A stretch of DNA of 64,000 bases, taken from Pavona decussata. Taxonomy: Eukaryota. This document shows positions 1-11,154 of this stretch, one piece after another. How positions within the stretch are numbered: position 1 is the first letter of the stretch; every line of letters begins with the position of its first letter. The stretch lies in NCBI GenBank assembly GCA_977016875.1, contig CDRNST010000025.1:2976001-3040000 (forward strand), given 5' to 3'. The notes under the pieces were generated by a model that did not search any database, had not been told where the DNA came from, and saw only the letters and a program-made list of their open reading frames with translations. The position numbers were made by a program, and so were the translations under genes.

Positions 1-406
1 AAGAGTAATAGCGAGGAGTCTATCGACAGCAATGGCGGTTACATTCAGAAATGATGCGCAACAGAGAAGAAATGAAGAGAAATAACAAACAGTTAAAATT
101 GTTGGACAGAGTAAGTCAAAGTTATGACCTTTATTCGCTGCCATCCTTAAAACCAACGCGACCATTATCTGAGCGAACAATCCTACGGCAAGATCAGAGA
201 CAGCAAGACTCAGGAAGAACTTCTTTATATTAGCGGGCATCGATGAGGCTTTTAACATGGCGCGAATAACAAGAACATTTCCAAGCGTTTCCACGGGAGA
301 AAAAATAAAGTGTAATACACACAATGAGAGCAGGGTAGTCCTGTGAAACTGAAGAAGTTGTCCGGCCAAGTCCCTTTAAATGGTAACTGCAGAACTCTTC
401 GGCCAT
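1..406 (-). pseudogene. Class A 7TM GPCR copy A (5' part only, runs off window), frameshifted
   Basis: ATG at 406 (MAEEFCSYHLKGLG) matches paralogues. A 4-bp insertion (ggcc, ~364-367) relative to other copies shifts the frame and gives a stop after ~57 codons. Confidence 0.8.
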
Positions 407-1158
407 GGTGAACTTAATGATTCAGATCCGGCGATATGTTTCACCATAAGTGTGGTGCCCCTATTTTGTTTGTAACATTAATGAGAGTCATAACCGACAC
501 CTGTAAGCTAACTGCATGAAATAAGGAATTAATACAACTGCATACTGCGTTTTGTATAATATGACTGAAAATAAGTGCGCTTTATTGGTTTATTAAACAC
601 GTCCTTTGATATCTTTATGCAAATTTGGTAAGTAAATTTTCCGACGGAGTAACATTTGTCTACGGTTCGTGTTTTAACAACAGCTTTTAATTCCTCCAAA
701 TACATGTCGTCTGTTCGTAACTCTCTTTAAACGCAGACACTGATAGTATGAGCGGAATAGTAATAGATAAGCTGACGATGTGTTCCATCGAAACATGTCT
801 TGAATACGATCTAAAAACTCTCGTTGTCGTTTTTTAAAATAGAGAACATTATTTTTTTCGCGATTGATGAAAGTAAAGGTACGATTATGTAAGGTTAAAG
901 ACCTTTTTTGGCGTGTTTTCATTAAAAGTCTCTTTCATAATTGACGCCTGTGTTATCGTTATACCGCTTGCGTCAGTAAATGTGTCAGTTCGGTTTCATC
1001 ATGGACTCTGTTTATCGTCGAGGATCTGCTCCTTTTGTCACTCATGGGGCTTCTAATAAGTGGAATCACTCACGTTCGACTTGTGAGTCCAAGTTCATCT
1101 TTTATTCGGTAAGAGGAGGATAAAACGAGACTATGTAAAGAATCTATACTATTGTTAC

Positions 1159-1673
1159 TGTAACGGGGGCGGATATTGACATCGGGTTTCTTTCAGATCA
1201 GTTCAAATATTCAGATCAACATCGCCGTCGGAGAAACGTTTTATAGACAGAGAATCCCGAGCATCGATTCTAACTTGTTTATTATACTTGAAATTCCCGT
1301 AAAAACTGAAAATAATAATCGAAAAGCGAGCGATTACAATAGATTCTAAGATAATTCTACTGGGAGCACGTGGCATGCATGAAAACGACTACCTAGAATA
1401 ACTCTAATAATATAACGAAATCACTAAACCTAAGAAATAACAACACTACTAGGACTGAACTTAAAAACTATAAAACAAGGAAACATACCTCTTTCTCCGA
1501 TAGAAACTATCTTAATGGCACACGCGTCTTTCTTACTTTCGATCCGTACAATTCTCTATGTGACACTGAAAACTGATCCGACACGCGCAAAATACAAAGA
1601 AGCTCCAGATGATTAAAATAGAAACGGAAATGACGCGAGTCACGCAACGAAAAACTAATAGCTAACATTTACA
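1159..1673 (-). repeat. 3' LTR of BEL/Pao element
   Basis: TGTAAC...TTTACA. Matches 8272-8786 except one visible mismatch (1229 C vs 8342 A). Confidence 0.97.
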
Positions 1674-1683
1674 TGGCTCCCCT
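1674..1683 (-). promoter_or_regulatory. Polypurine tract
   Basis: AGGGGAGCCA on the minus strand abutting the 3' LTR. Confidence 0.8.
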
Positions 1684-1785
1684 AAATTACGACAGAAATT
1701 TACATACTAGAATCAACCAAAACTAACTAAAATAATGTTCGGTGGGCTGTAGGCCCCTACAGGCCTTCACGGCTCTAATGGCTCC

Positions 1786-2880
1786 TCAGGTGGGGATTCC
1801 CCGGTCTTCATACTCTTCATTCTTCAGCAGCAGGACCAGTTGCTGGACTGGTCTGTCCAGGAATGATGTTGGTGCGGTGGCTCGACCGTTCTTGTCCAAG
1901 GTGTCATCCGCCATTCTCAACCGAACCTTCCGGACCAGACCATCCTTGTCAGGGTACGTCTCCTCTACGATCCCGGTCTTCCATGCGTTTCTGGGCGAGT
2001 GATCATCCTTAACGACGACGATATCGTTCACCTGAAGACTTCGTCTTGCCGCAAACCATTTCTGTCTCGGCTGCAGGGACTGCAAGTAATCCTTTTTCCA
2101 CTGTATCCAGAACTCATTCGCCAGGTATTGCACCCTTCGCCATCGCCTTCTCAAATACAGGTCGGCGCGTTGGAAGTTTCCAGGTGGGGGCATGATGACC
2201 TTTGACTTCATCGTAAGCAGGTGGTTTGGCGTGAGAGGCTGAGGCAACTGTGGAGAATTCATTGTGTCCGCAGTCAGTGGACGACAATTAACTATAGCTT
2301 CGGCTTCCACCATGAAGGTTCGGAGCGTCTCGCCGTTGAGCTGAGTTCCATGATGGCTAAGAAGCGACGCCAATACATTTCGCACGGTGCGGATTTGGCG
2401 TTCCCACGCCCCACCCATGTGACTTGAGTGTGGGAAGTTCATCCTGAAGTCTACCCAGTCACAGTTGGTTTTCAGTAACTCTTGTCTGATTTGCTCGTGT
2501 CCTAATTCTGAGATAGCTTGGTTCAGCTCGTTCATCGCGCCAACGAAATTTGAGCCTTGGTCGGATCGCAACCGTCGTACTGGTCCACGGCGTGCTACGA
2601 AACGACGATAGGCGTTCAGGAACGAATCTGTGGACAAGCTATCCGCGACTTCCAGATGAATGGCTCTGGACGCTAGGCACGTGAACAGAACTCCATAACG
2701 CTTGAGTTCGCGACGGCCATCCTTGATATACCAGGGACCAAAATAGTCCACTGCACAGAAGGTGAAGGGTGGTGCAGGCTCTAGGCGATCTTCTGGTAGG
2801 TCCGCCATCTTTTGCTCTTGAGGCATGCTTCTCAATCGGCGGCATGTGACACATTTCGATATGTGGCTCGATACAGCAGA
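1786..2880 (-). CDS. BEL/Pao integrase core and C-terminus (separated by a frameshift near 2895)
   Basis: VDYFGP, FTCLASRAIHLE, SDQGSNF, GGAWERQIR (DDE), NCRPL, LTPNHLL motifs. Confidence 0.92.
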   Translation of the reverse strand, partial: SAVSSHISKCVTCRRLRSMPQEQKMADLPEDRLEPAPPFTFCAVDYFGPWYIKDGRRELKRYGVLFTCLASRAIHLEVADSLSTDSFLNAYRRFVARRGPVRRLRSDQGSNFVGAMNELNQAISELGHEQIRQELLKTNCDWVDFRMNFPHSSHMGGAWERQIRTVRNVLASLLSHHGTQLNGETLRTFMVEAEAIVNCRPLTADTMNSPQLPQPLTPNHLLTMKSKVIMPPPGNFQRADLYLRRRWRRVQYLANEFWIQWKKDYLQSLQPRQKWFAARRSLQVNDIVVVKDDHSPRNAWKTGIVEETYPDKDGLVRKVRLRMADDTLDKNGRATAPTSFLDRPVQQLVLLLKNEEYEDRGIPT

Positions 2881-3887
2881 ACTTCCGCCGATAATCCTGC
2901 TGAGCGAACTTCACCTTGAGTGATCCCTCTGCCTTGGTGCTGGATGGCCTGATGATGATGGCAGAGGATCATGTCAGTCACATGTCCTTTTCTGGGGAGT
3001 ATGACTGGATTTCTCACCTCATAGGGGAGGCTAGAGTGCTTGATCCGCCCACCAACTCTTAATACACCGTCTTCGTCTAGGAACGGGTCTAGCTTGTACA
3101 GGGAGCTTGACCCTTTCATCGCGCGGTTTCCGTCCTTGGCAGTGCTTCGGTTAATGACTTGTGGTTGGACGTTGAGACTCTTCAGCAACTGTATTTCTTC
3201 TGGGAACACTTCATTCTGGACCATCTTGATAATTTGCAACTCAGAATATTTCAGCTCTTGAACATTTACAGGGACATAGGTCGCCGCTCTTCCTATTCTT
3301 TCTGCTGTGTCTGGACTTGTATCTTGGGAAGAACAGATACTGGTCTTGCGGAATCTTCTCTGCAGACGGAGACAAATGGCGATTGCTATCTTTGCTCGAT
3401 GCCAACTAGAGAAATACTTCAGGCGCTCCAATAGGGAGGATGGTTCTTCAACCTGAGTTGCTCGCACAGTGATCTTCTTGGTTTCCGGGTCGTCAGGAGG
3501 GATCGAAGGGATGTTGTCAACAGGATCCCAATCTTCATGAGAATTCCAAAGGAATTCTGGCCCATTCCACCACAGGGAGCCGTCAATTAGTTCTTGGGCA
3601 CCAGCGCCGCGAGAAGCAATGTCAGCGGGATTGGATTTCGTTCCAACGTAGCGCCACTGGTCCGGCGATGTCTTCTCTCGTATCTCCTGGACGCGGTTGC
3701 CGACAAAGACATGGAATCGCCTGGCATCATTGTTGATGTAGCCTAAGACCGTCTTGCTGTCAGTCCAGAACGTTTCCTTCACTTCCTCGTACTCCAGCTC
3801 TTTCCGCAGCGTGTAGCTTATCTTGGACGAAACGAGTGCAGCGGTCAGCTCCAGTCTAGGTATGTTGACGGGCTTCAACGGCGTCAC
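2832..3887 (-). CDS. BEL/Pao RNase H C-terminal part and integrase N-terminal zinc-finger region (frameshifted segment)
   Basis: IPRLELTAA, FWTDS, FVGNRVQEI, NPADIASRG, WWNGPEFL, LDPFLDEDGVLRVGGR. Confidence 0.92.
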   Translation of the reverse strand: MTPLKPVNIPRLELTAALVSSKISYTLRKELEYEEVKETFWTDSKTVLGYINNDARRFHVFVGNRVQEIREKTSPDQWRYVGTKSNPADIASRGAGAQELIDGSLWWNGPEFLWNSHEDWDPVDNIPSIPPDDPETKKITVRATQVEEPSSLLERLKYFSSWHRAKIAIAICLRLQRRFRKTSICSSQDTSPDTAERIGRAATYVPVNVQELKYSELQIIKMVQNEVFPEEIQLLKSLNVQPQVINRSTAKDGNRAMKGSSSLYKLDPFLDEDGVLRVGGRIKHSSLPYEVRNPVILPRKGHVTDMILCHHHQAIQHQGRGITQGEVRSAGLSAEVLLYRATYRNVSHAAD

Positions 3888-6800
3888 GCGCGACTTTCCC
3901 CATCACAAGAGAACAGTGTATTCGGTTCTTAGCATCGACTAATCGTAGGTAGGTACACTGCCCATAGCCATTTTGACAAGCGTCTGAGAAGTGGTGCAAC
4001 TCTGTGTGCTTGATCTCATCGAATTCTTCAGGTTTATGACATCTTGCTATCTTGAGCTTCTCTAGGGCGGGAAGTTCAGATCTCCATTTCTCCCATCTAG
4101 GTCTCACATCTTCGGGTACTTCGTCGTCCCAGCCAACTCCATCACGGCACAGCTCTTGCAGGATTCTCTTTCCTACCAGGATGAATGGGGCGACGAGGCC
4201 AAGAGGATCAAAAACCGAGCTAACTGTGGATAGAATGCCTCTTCTCGATAGCGGTTTGTCCTTCAACTCGATTCTGAACTGGAGCGTGTCTGATTCGATG
4301 CACCAGTGGACTCCCAGAGCGCGTTCGATGACTGGATCGTTACTGACAAGGCGAGGATCCTTTGTGTCCTTCGCTTGATCTTCTGAGGGAACGGAATTTA
4401 TCACCTCCTTGCTATTTGATGTAAACTTGTGAAGACGGAAACCACCTTTCTGGCACAGTGACTTGGTATTTCTGATCAGGTTCTTTGCTTGTTCAACGGT
4501 TGGTACCGACTTGGGTCCATCATCCACGTAGAAATCCTTTCTCACGAAATCTGCTGCCTCGGTGCCGCAATCTTCTTCGTACTGGTCAGCAGTGGTCTTG
4601 AGAGCGAAGTTTGCACAGCCGGGCGAGGAAGTAGCGCCAAAAAGGTGGACAGTCATACGGTACTCTACTGGATCTCCCTTGAATTCTTCGTTATCCCACC
4701 ACAAGAATCTCAGGTAATCACGATGGTTCTCGTCGACTTTGACTTGATGAAACATCGCCTGGATGTCGCACATAAAGGCTACTCGCTCTTGACGAAATCG
4801 GCATAGTACTCCTGTGAGATTGTTCGTGAGATCTGGACCTTGCAATAGCTGCTGGTTTAGGGACTGTCCGTCACATACTGCGCTGCAGTCGAACACGACT
4901 CTGATCTTCCCAGGCTTCTTCTTGTGATACACTCCGTGGTGTGGAATGTACCATACTCGCTTGCTGTCTGAGGATGGTTTGTCTGTGGGAACTCGTTCTG
5001 CATATCCACTAGTTATGATGTCTTGCATGAAGCCACTGTAATCTCTTCGGAATTGGTCATCGTTAGTCAATCTCCGTTTCAACTTTAGTAGGCGGCTCAG
5101 GGCCAATTCCTTACTGTTTGGCAGTTCCACGTCTTCTTTTTTCAGAGGCAGAGGCATCTCATAGTGGCCATCATCTCGCTGATGAACACCGTCTCGTACT
5201 ATTTTGAGGAATTTCCGATCTTCAAAGGATAGCGACTTCTCTTCGGTTCGTCTTTCATTGAAGTCAAGTGTGAACATCTTAGCTACATCGTGCGGGTTGA
5301 GCAGCTCTTTCACTTCTGTCCTTAACGCAAAGTGACACATCTTCCTACTTGAGTCTACTTGGACTTCTCGGGTGATAATGCGATTGCAGAAAATGTCGCT
5401 CTCGGTTTCAGCCTCATCTTCATGTGTTAGAGGGTTTACTGCACCAATGATTCCCCATCCAAGAGCGGTTCGCTTAGCGTACGGGTCATCTTCTACTCCG
5501 GGAACAACTTCAAGCGGTTTAATCGCACGAGGGCAGTTGAGACCGATAAGGAGGCCGACCTCAACGTCACTACGAAAGGGCATCAGCTTCTCAGATACCA
5601 TTTGGAGATGTGGCCAACCATGGGCGGATTCGGGCCTTGGAATCTGACTCGTTTTAGCCGGTATGGTGGATCTTGAGTAGGTCTTGGGTAAAGGGATTTC
5701 ACGCTCTTCATTGTAACCACGCACAACCAGGCCTTCGATCTTCGGACTTGTAACCACTTCCTCTGCTAGGACCGTCGAAATCTTTAGGTCTACCTCTGGT
5801 CCGTTCAAATCCAGCTTTCGCAGAACGTCTTCGTTTACAAAACAAGCGTCAGATTGTTCATCCAGGAGAGCGTAGATCAGCAATTTGTTCTGAGCATCCT
5901 TACTGTGATGAACCCATACGGGTACTATTAACGAGTGCATGCAAGGCGCAGTTGTTTTCTTCGTGTCGCAGACCTTCGCACGGTTCGAGATGACTTCGGT
6001 TACATTCGTTACTTCGGTTGCATTCGTTACCGCTTTGTCTTGCTCGGGTATCTTGGCGGGATCACTGTGAAGGGAGGTTGGATGAAATCCATTGCAGGTT
6101 TTGCATACTCGCCTTCTTCGACAGTCCTTTCTCATGTGACCCCATTTTAAGCAGCCCAGGCACAGTGCCTTCGATCTGATGACATCTCTTCTTTCTGCCA
6201 GGGACATACTTAGAAAACTTTTACATGCGTCCAAATCGTGAGGACCCTTGCACAGCGGACACGTGACAGCCTCAGGTTTATTCTCCCTCTTACTGTCGGA
6301 AGCGCTGGTATTCACTTCACCAGAACCAGTAGCGAAAGTGCTAACCTTGGCCGATTTCTTTCTGTAACTATTCGACTTCCATGCTCTCTCTGCGTCTCGT
6401 CTTGGGGCTTCTTCCTTATGAGGCCTTGTCGTTACCGGATTGCACGCAATTCTTGCTTCTCTTTCGAGGAACCTGCAGAAGGCTTTGAAAGGGGGGTAGG
6501 CCGTTCCATCCCCATCGGGTACGCTTTCTTCGCCGCGATTCTGCTCTTCTCCTTCTTTGTTGAGCCAGCGATCAACTTCGCGACTCCATCGATCTATCAA
6601 GTAGCGCGGAAGCTTTTGGAGCATCTTCTGGTTTTCATCCGGGTCGTCAAGCACCTTTAGGTATTTGATGGTCTTTGTCGCCGTTTGGCAGTGGACGAGG
6701 AAGTCCGAAAATCTGCGTAGACTTGCTCCGTCATTTGGGGGGATTTTCGGCCATTCGTTAATCTTCTTTCTGTAGGCGTCTGCCACCAGAAATGGGTTGC

Positions 6801-7242
6801 CGAATCTCTCTGCTAAGATCTTCTTTGCTCGTCGGTATGCGTCGGCAGTTTCCAGTAAAAGGAGGCCGCTGATCGCCTCTCGTGGTTCGCCTCTTGTATA
6901 CTTCCCGAGGTAGTACAGTCTTTGGGAAACCTTGTCTGTCTGGCCTTCTATGATGGTTTCGAAAGACTTCAACCACAGGGGATAGTGCAGTAAATCGCCG
7001 CCGAAGATCTCTGGTTCTGGGAGAGGAAGCGTGTCTTGAAGACGTCGCTGACAAAGCACATCGGCTAAACGATGCAGTGAATCTTCGACGGACGAACTGT
7101 TCAGAGGAAGACTGGCTCTTGGATTGTCTGCTGTGATTCCGGTCTTGGCTGTATCGCTTACGGGGATTTTCGCGTCAACACGCGTGCGCGGAACTCTGTA
7201 GGGACTTGTCTCAAACTCGGCTACTAAAGGATTCAGCGACGA
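3856..7242 (-). CDS. BEL/Pao gag (C-terminal, Cys/His knuckles) - aspartic protease - reverse transcriptase - start of RNase H
   Basis: CPLC..H...C, CLGC...H...C, CKTC...HPTSLH knuckles; ALLDEQS protease; YIPHHGV, KIRVVFD, FGATSSP, YVDD; HHFSDA. The frame stays open from the annotated start (7059) back to the TGA at 7243. Confidence 0.95.
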   Translation of the reverse strand, partial: SSLNPLVAEFETSPYRVPRTRVDAKIPVSDTAKTGITADNPRASLPLNSSSVEDSLHRLADVLCQRRLQDTLPLPEPEIFGGDLLHYPLWLKSFETIIEGQTDKVSQRLYYLGKYTRGEPREAISGLLLLETADAYRRAKKILAERFGNPFLVADAYRKKINEWPKIPPNDGASLRRFSDFLVHCQTATKTIKYLKVLDDPDENQKMLQKLPRYLIDRWSREVDRWLNKEGEEQNRGEESVPDGDGTAYPPFKAFCRFLEREARIACNPVTTRPHKEEAPRRDAERAWKSNSYRKKSAKVSTFATGSGEVNTSASDSKRENKPEAVTCPLCKGPHDLDACKSFLSMSLAERRDVIRSKALCLGCLKWGHMRKDCRRRRVCKTCNGFHPTSLHSDPAKIPEQDKAVTNATEVTNVTEVISNRAKVCDTKKTTAPCMHSLIVPVWVHHSKDAQNKLLIYALLDEQSDACFVNEDVLRKLDLNGPEVDLKISTVLAEEVVTSPKIEGLVVRGYNEEREIPLPKTYSRSTIPAKTSQIPRPESAHGWPHLQMVSEKLMPFRSDVEVGLLIGLNCPRAIKPLEVVPGVEDDPYAKRTALGWGIIGAVNPLTHEDEAETESDIFCNRIITREVQVDSSRKMCHFALRTEVKELLNPHDVAKMFTLDFNERRTEEKSLSFEDRKFLKIVRDGVHQRDDGHYEMPLPLKKEDVELPNSKELALSRLLKLKRRLTNDDQFRRDYSGFMQDIITSGYAERVPTDKPSSDSKRVWYIPHHGVYHKKKPGKIRVVFDCSAVCDGQSLNQQLLQGPDLTNNLTGVLCRFRQERVAFMCDIQAMFHQVKVDENHRDYLRFLWWDNEEFKGDPVEYRMTVHLFGATSSPGCANFALKTTADQYEEDCGTEAADFVRKDFYVDDGPKSVPTVEQAKNLIRNTKSLCQKGGFRLHKFTSNSKEVINSVPSEDQAKDTKDPRLVSNDPVIERALGVHWCIESDTLQFRIELKDKPLSRRGILSTVSSVFDPLGLVAPFILVGKRILQELCRDGVGWDDEVPEDVRPRWEKWRSELPALEKLKIARCHKPEEFDEIKHTELHHFSDACQNGYGQCTYLRLVDAKNRIHCSLVMGKVARDAVEARQHT

Positions 7243-8202
7243 TCAAAGAGCTGTAGACTTCGGAGGTGCGAACGGATTCGGTGATGCGTCGGGACGTAAC
7301 ACCGGTCTAGAATTCGTATCTTCGGTAGATCTCACTTTAAAAGGAGAGGTCCAGAGTTCCTCCTTTATCAAAGTCTGTCTCGTTTCGGGACTCTCGCGAT
7401 GCAAAACAGATTCAACATACGTTTCAACGGTCGGAAGGCTGGCGTCTGTCACCGATGACATTTGATCACGAGTCTTCAAATAATTTTGGAGAACGTAATT
7501 CCTGTCGGTTTCTTGCGGGAGAAACTGATCTTCCTCGCGATCGTCCTTCTCAGTTTTCCTTTCATCGGCTACGCTGACCGCTTCCATTTCGGCTTTGGCG
7601 ACTGCCAGCTCCTTGCTTAGTCTAAATCGTTTAAGTTCGTCCTCGCACTCCTTCAAAGTAGTTGTTTTCCGTGCTTCGGCGTCCGCAAATTCCAACTGAG
7701 TTTTAAGTCTTGCAACATTTGCAGCCACATCCGCTCTTTTTGATAGCGAAGATGCGATAGATGATTTCTCGGATTTAAGGCTTCGAGAACCTCGGCTGGA
7801 ATGTTTTGATCGTGAAGAGCGTTCGCTTACATCTTGTCTAAGATCCGAAAGTTTGTTATTTAATCTTCTCAGCGTGTCTGAATGCTCACGCTCCAGTGAT
7901 TCTAATTGCGCCACCGCCTCTTTTTTTGCTTCGTAGTTATCTGCTAGCGCTTCGCAGAGTCGATTACTTGCCGCGTAGAGAATATCCATTCTCGTCTCGA
8001 GGAATGTTCTCTCGCTCTTTAGGAGATCGATGTTCGTTGAATCTCCTATCAGATTTGTAACTTTGTTTATTTGTTTGCGCCACGCGCGCTGAGCGGAAGA
8101 TCTTTGTTCCTCGAGTAAATTAAGGTGATACATTCTTCCCCTTTCTGTAGGATTTCGAAATCTGATCGACAAGGAATCTTCAGAATCTTCCATTTTAGAC
8201 AT
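7243..8202 (-). CDS. BEL/Pao gag N-terminal coiled-coil region, ending in an in-frame TGA
   Basis: Starts ~70 nt after the 5' LTR. Coiled-coil plus Ser/Arg-rich stretch typical of BEL gag. Same frame as the downstream pol. Confidence 0.85.
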   Translation of the reverse strand: MSKMEDSEDSLSIRFRNPTERGRMYHLNLLEEQRSSAQRAWRKQINKVTNLIGDSTNIDLLKSERTFLETRMDILYAASNRLCEALADNYEAKKEAVAQLESLEREHSDTLRRLNNKLSDLRQDVSERSSRSKHSSRGSRSLKSEKSSIASSLSKRADVAANVARLKTQLEFADAEARKTTTLKECEDELKRFRLSKELAVAKAEMEAVSVADERKTEKDDREEDQFLPQETDRNYVLQNYLKTRDQMSSVTDASLPTVETYVESVLHRESPETRQTLIKEELWTSPFKVRSTEDTNSRPVLRPDASPNPFAPPKSTAL

Positions 8203-8262
8203 CGGAGTGTTCAGTGTTCAATTGCAATGCGATGTGTTTCCTCCGCTGAGTTTCTACCCCAG

Positions 8263-8271
8263 AGTTTTTAC
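8263..8271 (-). promoter_or_regulatory. Non-tRNA primer-binding site (GTAAAAACT), candidate self-priming site
   Basis: Directly follows the 5' LTR, does not start with TGG, and is a perfect complement of LTR 8412-8420. Confidence 0.65.
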
Positions 8272-8786
8272 TGTAACGGGGGCGGATATTGACATCGGGT
8301 TTCTTTCAGATCAGTTCAAATATTCAGATCAACATCGCCGTAGGAGAAACGTTTTATAGACAGAGAATCCCGAGCATCGATTCTAACTTGTTTATTATAC
8401 TTGAAATTCCCGTAAAAACTGAAAATAATAATCGAAAAGCGAGCGATTACAATAGATTCTAAGATAATTCTACTGGGAGCACGTGGCATGCATGAAAACG
8501 ACTACCTAGAATAACTCTAATAATATAACGAAATCACTAAACCTAAGAAATAACAACACTACTAGGACTGAACTTAAAAACTATAAAACAAGGAAACATA
8601 CCTCTTTCTCCGATAGAAACTATCTTAATGGCACACGCGTCTTTCTTACTTTCGATCCGTACAATTCTCTATGTGACACTGAAAACTGATCCGACACGCG
8701 CAAAATACAAAGAAGCTCCAGATGATTAAAATAGAAACGGAAATGACGCGAGTCACGCAACGAAAAACTAATAGCTAACATTTACA
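8272..8786 (-). repeat. 5' LTR of BEL/Pao element
   Basis: 515-bp repeat. Minus strand has Inr-like TCAGTT (A at 8420) and AATAAA (8396-8391). Confidence 0.97.
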
Positions 8787-9927
8787 GTTACTTCCAATAG
8801 GTACACCCTTACATGGTGTAAGTAGTATACGGAATGAGGGTTCTACGAGGGGTGGATCAGGGTGGATCAACGATCAACCCTCAAGGTGACGTCATAGCTA
8901 TAAATAGGTCAGTAGAGCAAAAATAGTGGCGTTATTGTAGGAATCAATAGATCTGGAAGGCTTGCCCAAACTTGTCTAGAATGGTATGGTACATGCGAAC
9001 CCACATAATCAGCCGTGGTTTACTTTATAGGCAGTAATATAATTGATCTGATTTTCTCGCAGTTGGTAAAAATATAGGTTGAAAGCGAGTTAAAAAGGAT
9101 TCGCTGATGTTTTAGGAGCTCCACACGAATCACTCAAGCCGGTAAAATGGGATGTGTTTTGGTTGGAAATCGTAGCAGGTTAAATCGGCTCGTTGTTTAT
9201 ATGCCTATGTGTATTCTAAGGTAAGCATCTATAAGACAGTATTTGTGCATTCGTTTGTTAAAGTTGGCTTTGGTAGAGAATAAGTTCAAAACAATATTTA
9301 TACAGGCACCAACCCAGGCTTTTTTTGACCGCTATAGAGCGCTAGTCGATGATCTCAGAAGGTTGGCGTTAAGTATCACTGAACAGGTCTATTAGTCTTC
9401 GGTGGAAAACACCCATGGGACAGTGGTCGCACGTTTCTCCTATGGTTTTGGAAAAGAAAATGCAAATAGGTAAATGTTGGCTTTGCATACAAATTTTTCA
9501 CGCTACTATTTTTTTATTACCCCTACCCTTCAAACAAAAGGTCTAGTTAACTAAATATTAAATATTTTCAAAGGATAACCGAAGAAAACCAGCGAGTTAT
9601 CTTTTTCAACAGTCACTTTAATGATAAAATCCACCAAACTTACAAATATGATGTATGGAAGTAACGCTGTCGAAAGGATATCAACAATAGCCGGTTCAAA
9701 CCTATTAAAAGTTAATAGGCCTTATCACGGTTTTCGACGCCATTTTGACGAGTAGGCAAACACGCTTGAAATAACAATGTTTGTATGGAAATCCGATGTC
9801 AAAAAATTCCTCAAAGGTGGAACGGGCTCCACAAGCCTCCCCTCGCCCGTCCCTTCACCCCTACCCCCACCCTCACGCTGAATACGCTTCACCTATTCCA
9901 TTCGACATTTTAAGGACGTCACCTTAA

Positions 9928-10255
9928 AGGCCCGTTTAAACGGCTTCAACGTTTGCTTCAACATGCGTTCAACATATACAGTACAGTTATTGAACCAAAT
10001 GTTGAGAGCATTTGAAGAGGTCGTTCAACTTTGTTGACAGCGTAAAAAATGTTTAAAGCTTGTTAAAATGTGTCGAAGCAAATTTAAATTGGTTTAAACT
10101 TAATTTCATTCAAAATTGATTCTACAGTTTCTTTGGTTTTGAAAATGTTGAATGGCGTTAAAACCGTTCAAACTCTCCGCTGATCAAACATTTGCCCAAC
10201 ATCCTTTCAACTTTAGTTGAATGATTGTTGGGCAATCAACCGTTTAAAAGGGCCC
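9928..10255. mobile_element. PIF/Harbinger-like MITE
   Basis: TIRs AGGCCCGTTTAAACGG / CCGTTTAAAAGGGCCC, flanked by TAA on both sides. Confidence 0.7.
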
Positions 10256-11154
10256 TAAGATTAAGGGTTTCCTCTTAAACTGTAAACCTCAAACGTCGGC
10301 CAGCAGTTTACAGTTCAGAGTTCGCCGTTTATACGTAATCCGGGCTTAAAATTTAGGGTTATTTTTTACCTATGCATCATGGGATACTCACAGGAAAACA
10401 AGATGGCCGCTGCATGAAGATAGTATCGATGCATGCACTAATATGGTTGGTAATTCTTTTAATCTCGCAACTGAATAAAACAAAGCTCTCATTCATCGAG
10501 ATAACTGTTTAAGGAAAGTAAATTTGACGTCTTAACGTGACTTTATAGTTTTAAAACTAGCAAAACTCTGCCGTAATTCACTTACCTATAGACAGTGTCC
10601 TTGACGTTCAAACCATTCTCGGAGATCCAAGGGCCACATGAAAATCCGCATGAAAATTTCTCAGTGAGTGTTTCTTTTGCTGCAGCCATGTTTAAGTTTG
10701 CGAGTTCCTCGACTTCGCTGAATTTTTGTCTGAAACTCCCTTCGAGAACATTCCCGTTGAACGGTCCACGCAACTGTGGCGATCGATGAGGAAAGCAACT
10801 TCGTGTAAGAAGGCACCAGATGTCGCCCGCCTAGACCTCTTTACTGATTGGCCAGAAAATTATTTTTTCTGAGCAATGAAAAGCGGGGAATTGAAATGCT
10901 TCTGGAATTGGTTCGGTAAGAGTAATTTGCCAGGGGCGCTCCCGTTCTTACAGTCAACTTCCGCCCACGAAAATCCCTTTCACCCGACTAACTGCCCCTA
11001 GGTCTCCGAGGATGCTTTCGGACCTGAACCTCAAATGTCAGACGGGACGGCAGGACCAGAGTCACGAAATGTATCCGTGTGCAAAGTGCCATTATGCATG
11101 CGTTGGGTGCGTTAGTTCAATGCTGTGATTGGTCTGATAAGTGTTGGTATTTAA

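Larger units (their letters stand above)
1159..8786 (-). mobile_element. Full-length BEL/Pao LTR retrotransposon, very recent, coding region disrupted
   Basis: Two 515-bp TG..CA LTRs and a 5-bp TSD GTTAC (1154-1158, 8787-8791). Order is gag-PR-RT-RNaseH-IN. Paralogous units show the empty site (e.g. aatgttgcttccaattgg at ~18669). Confidence 0.97.

Noticed and set aside
51-233. Recurrent 60-aa plus-strand ORFs (also 13349, 16457, 28482, 54235) that look like a conserved small-protein family
   Set aside because: They are antisense shadows of the conserved GPCR TM2-TM3 coding region.
4052-6660. Plus-strand ORFs within the retrotransposon
   Set aside because: Antisense to pol, with no recognisable motifs.
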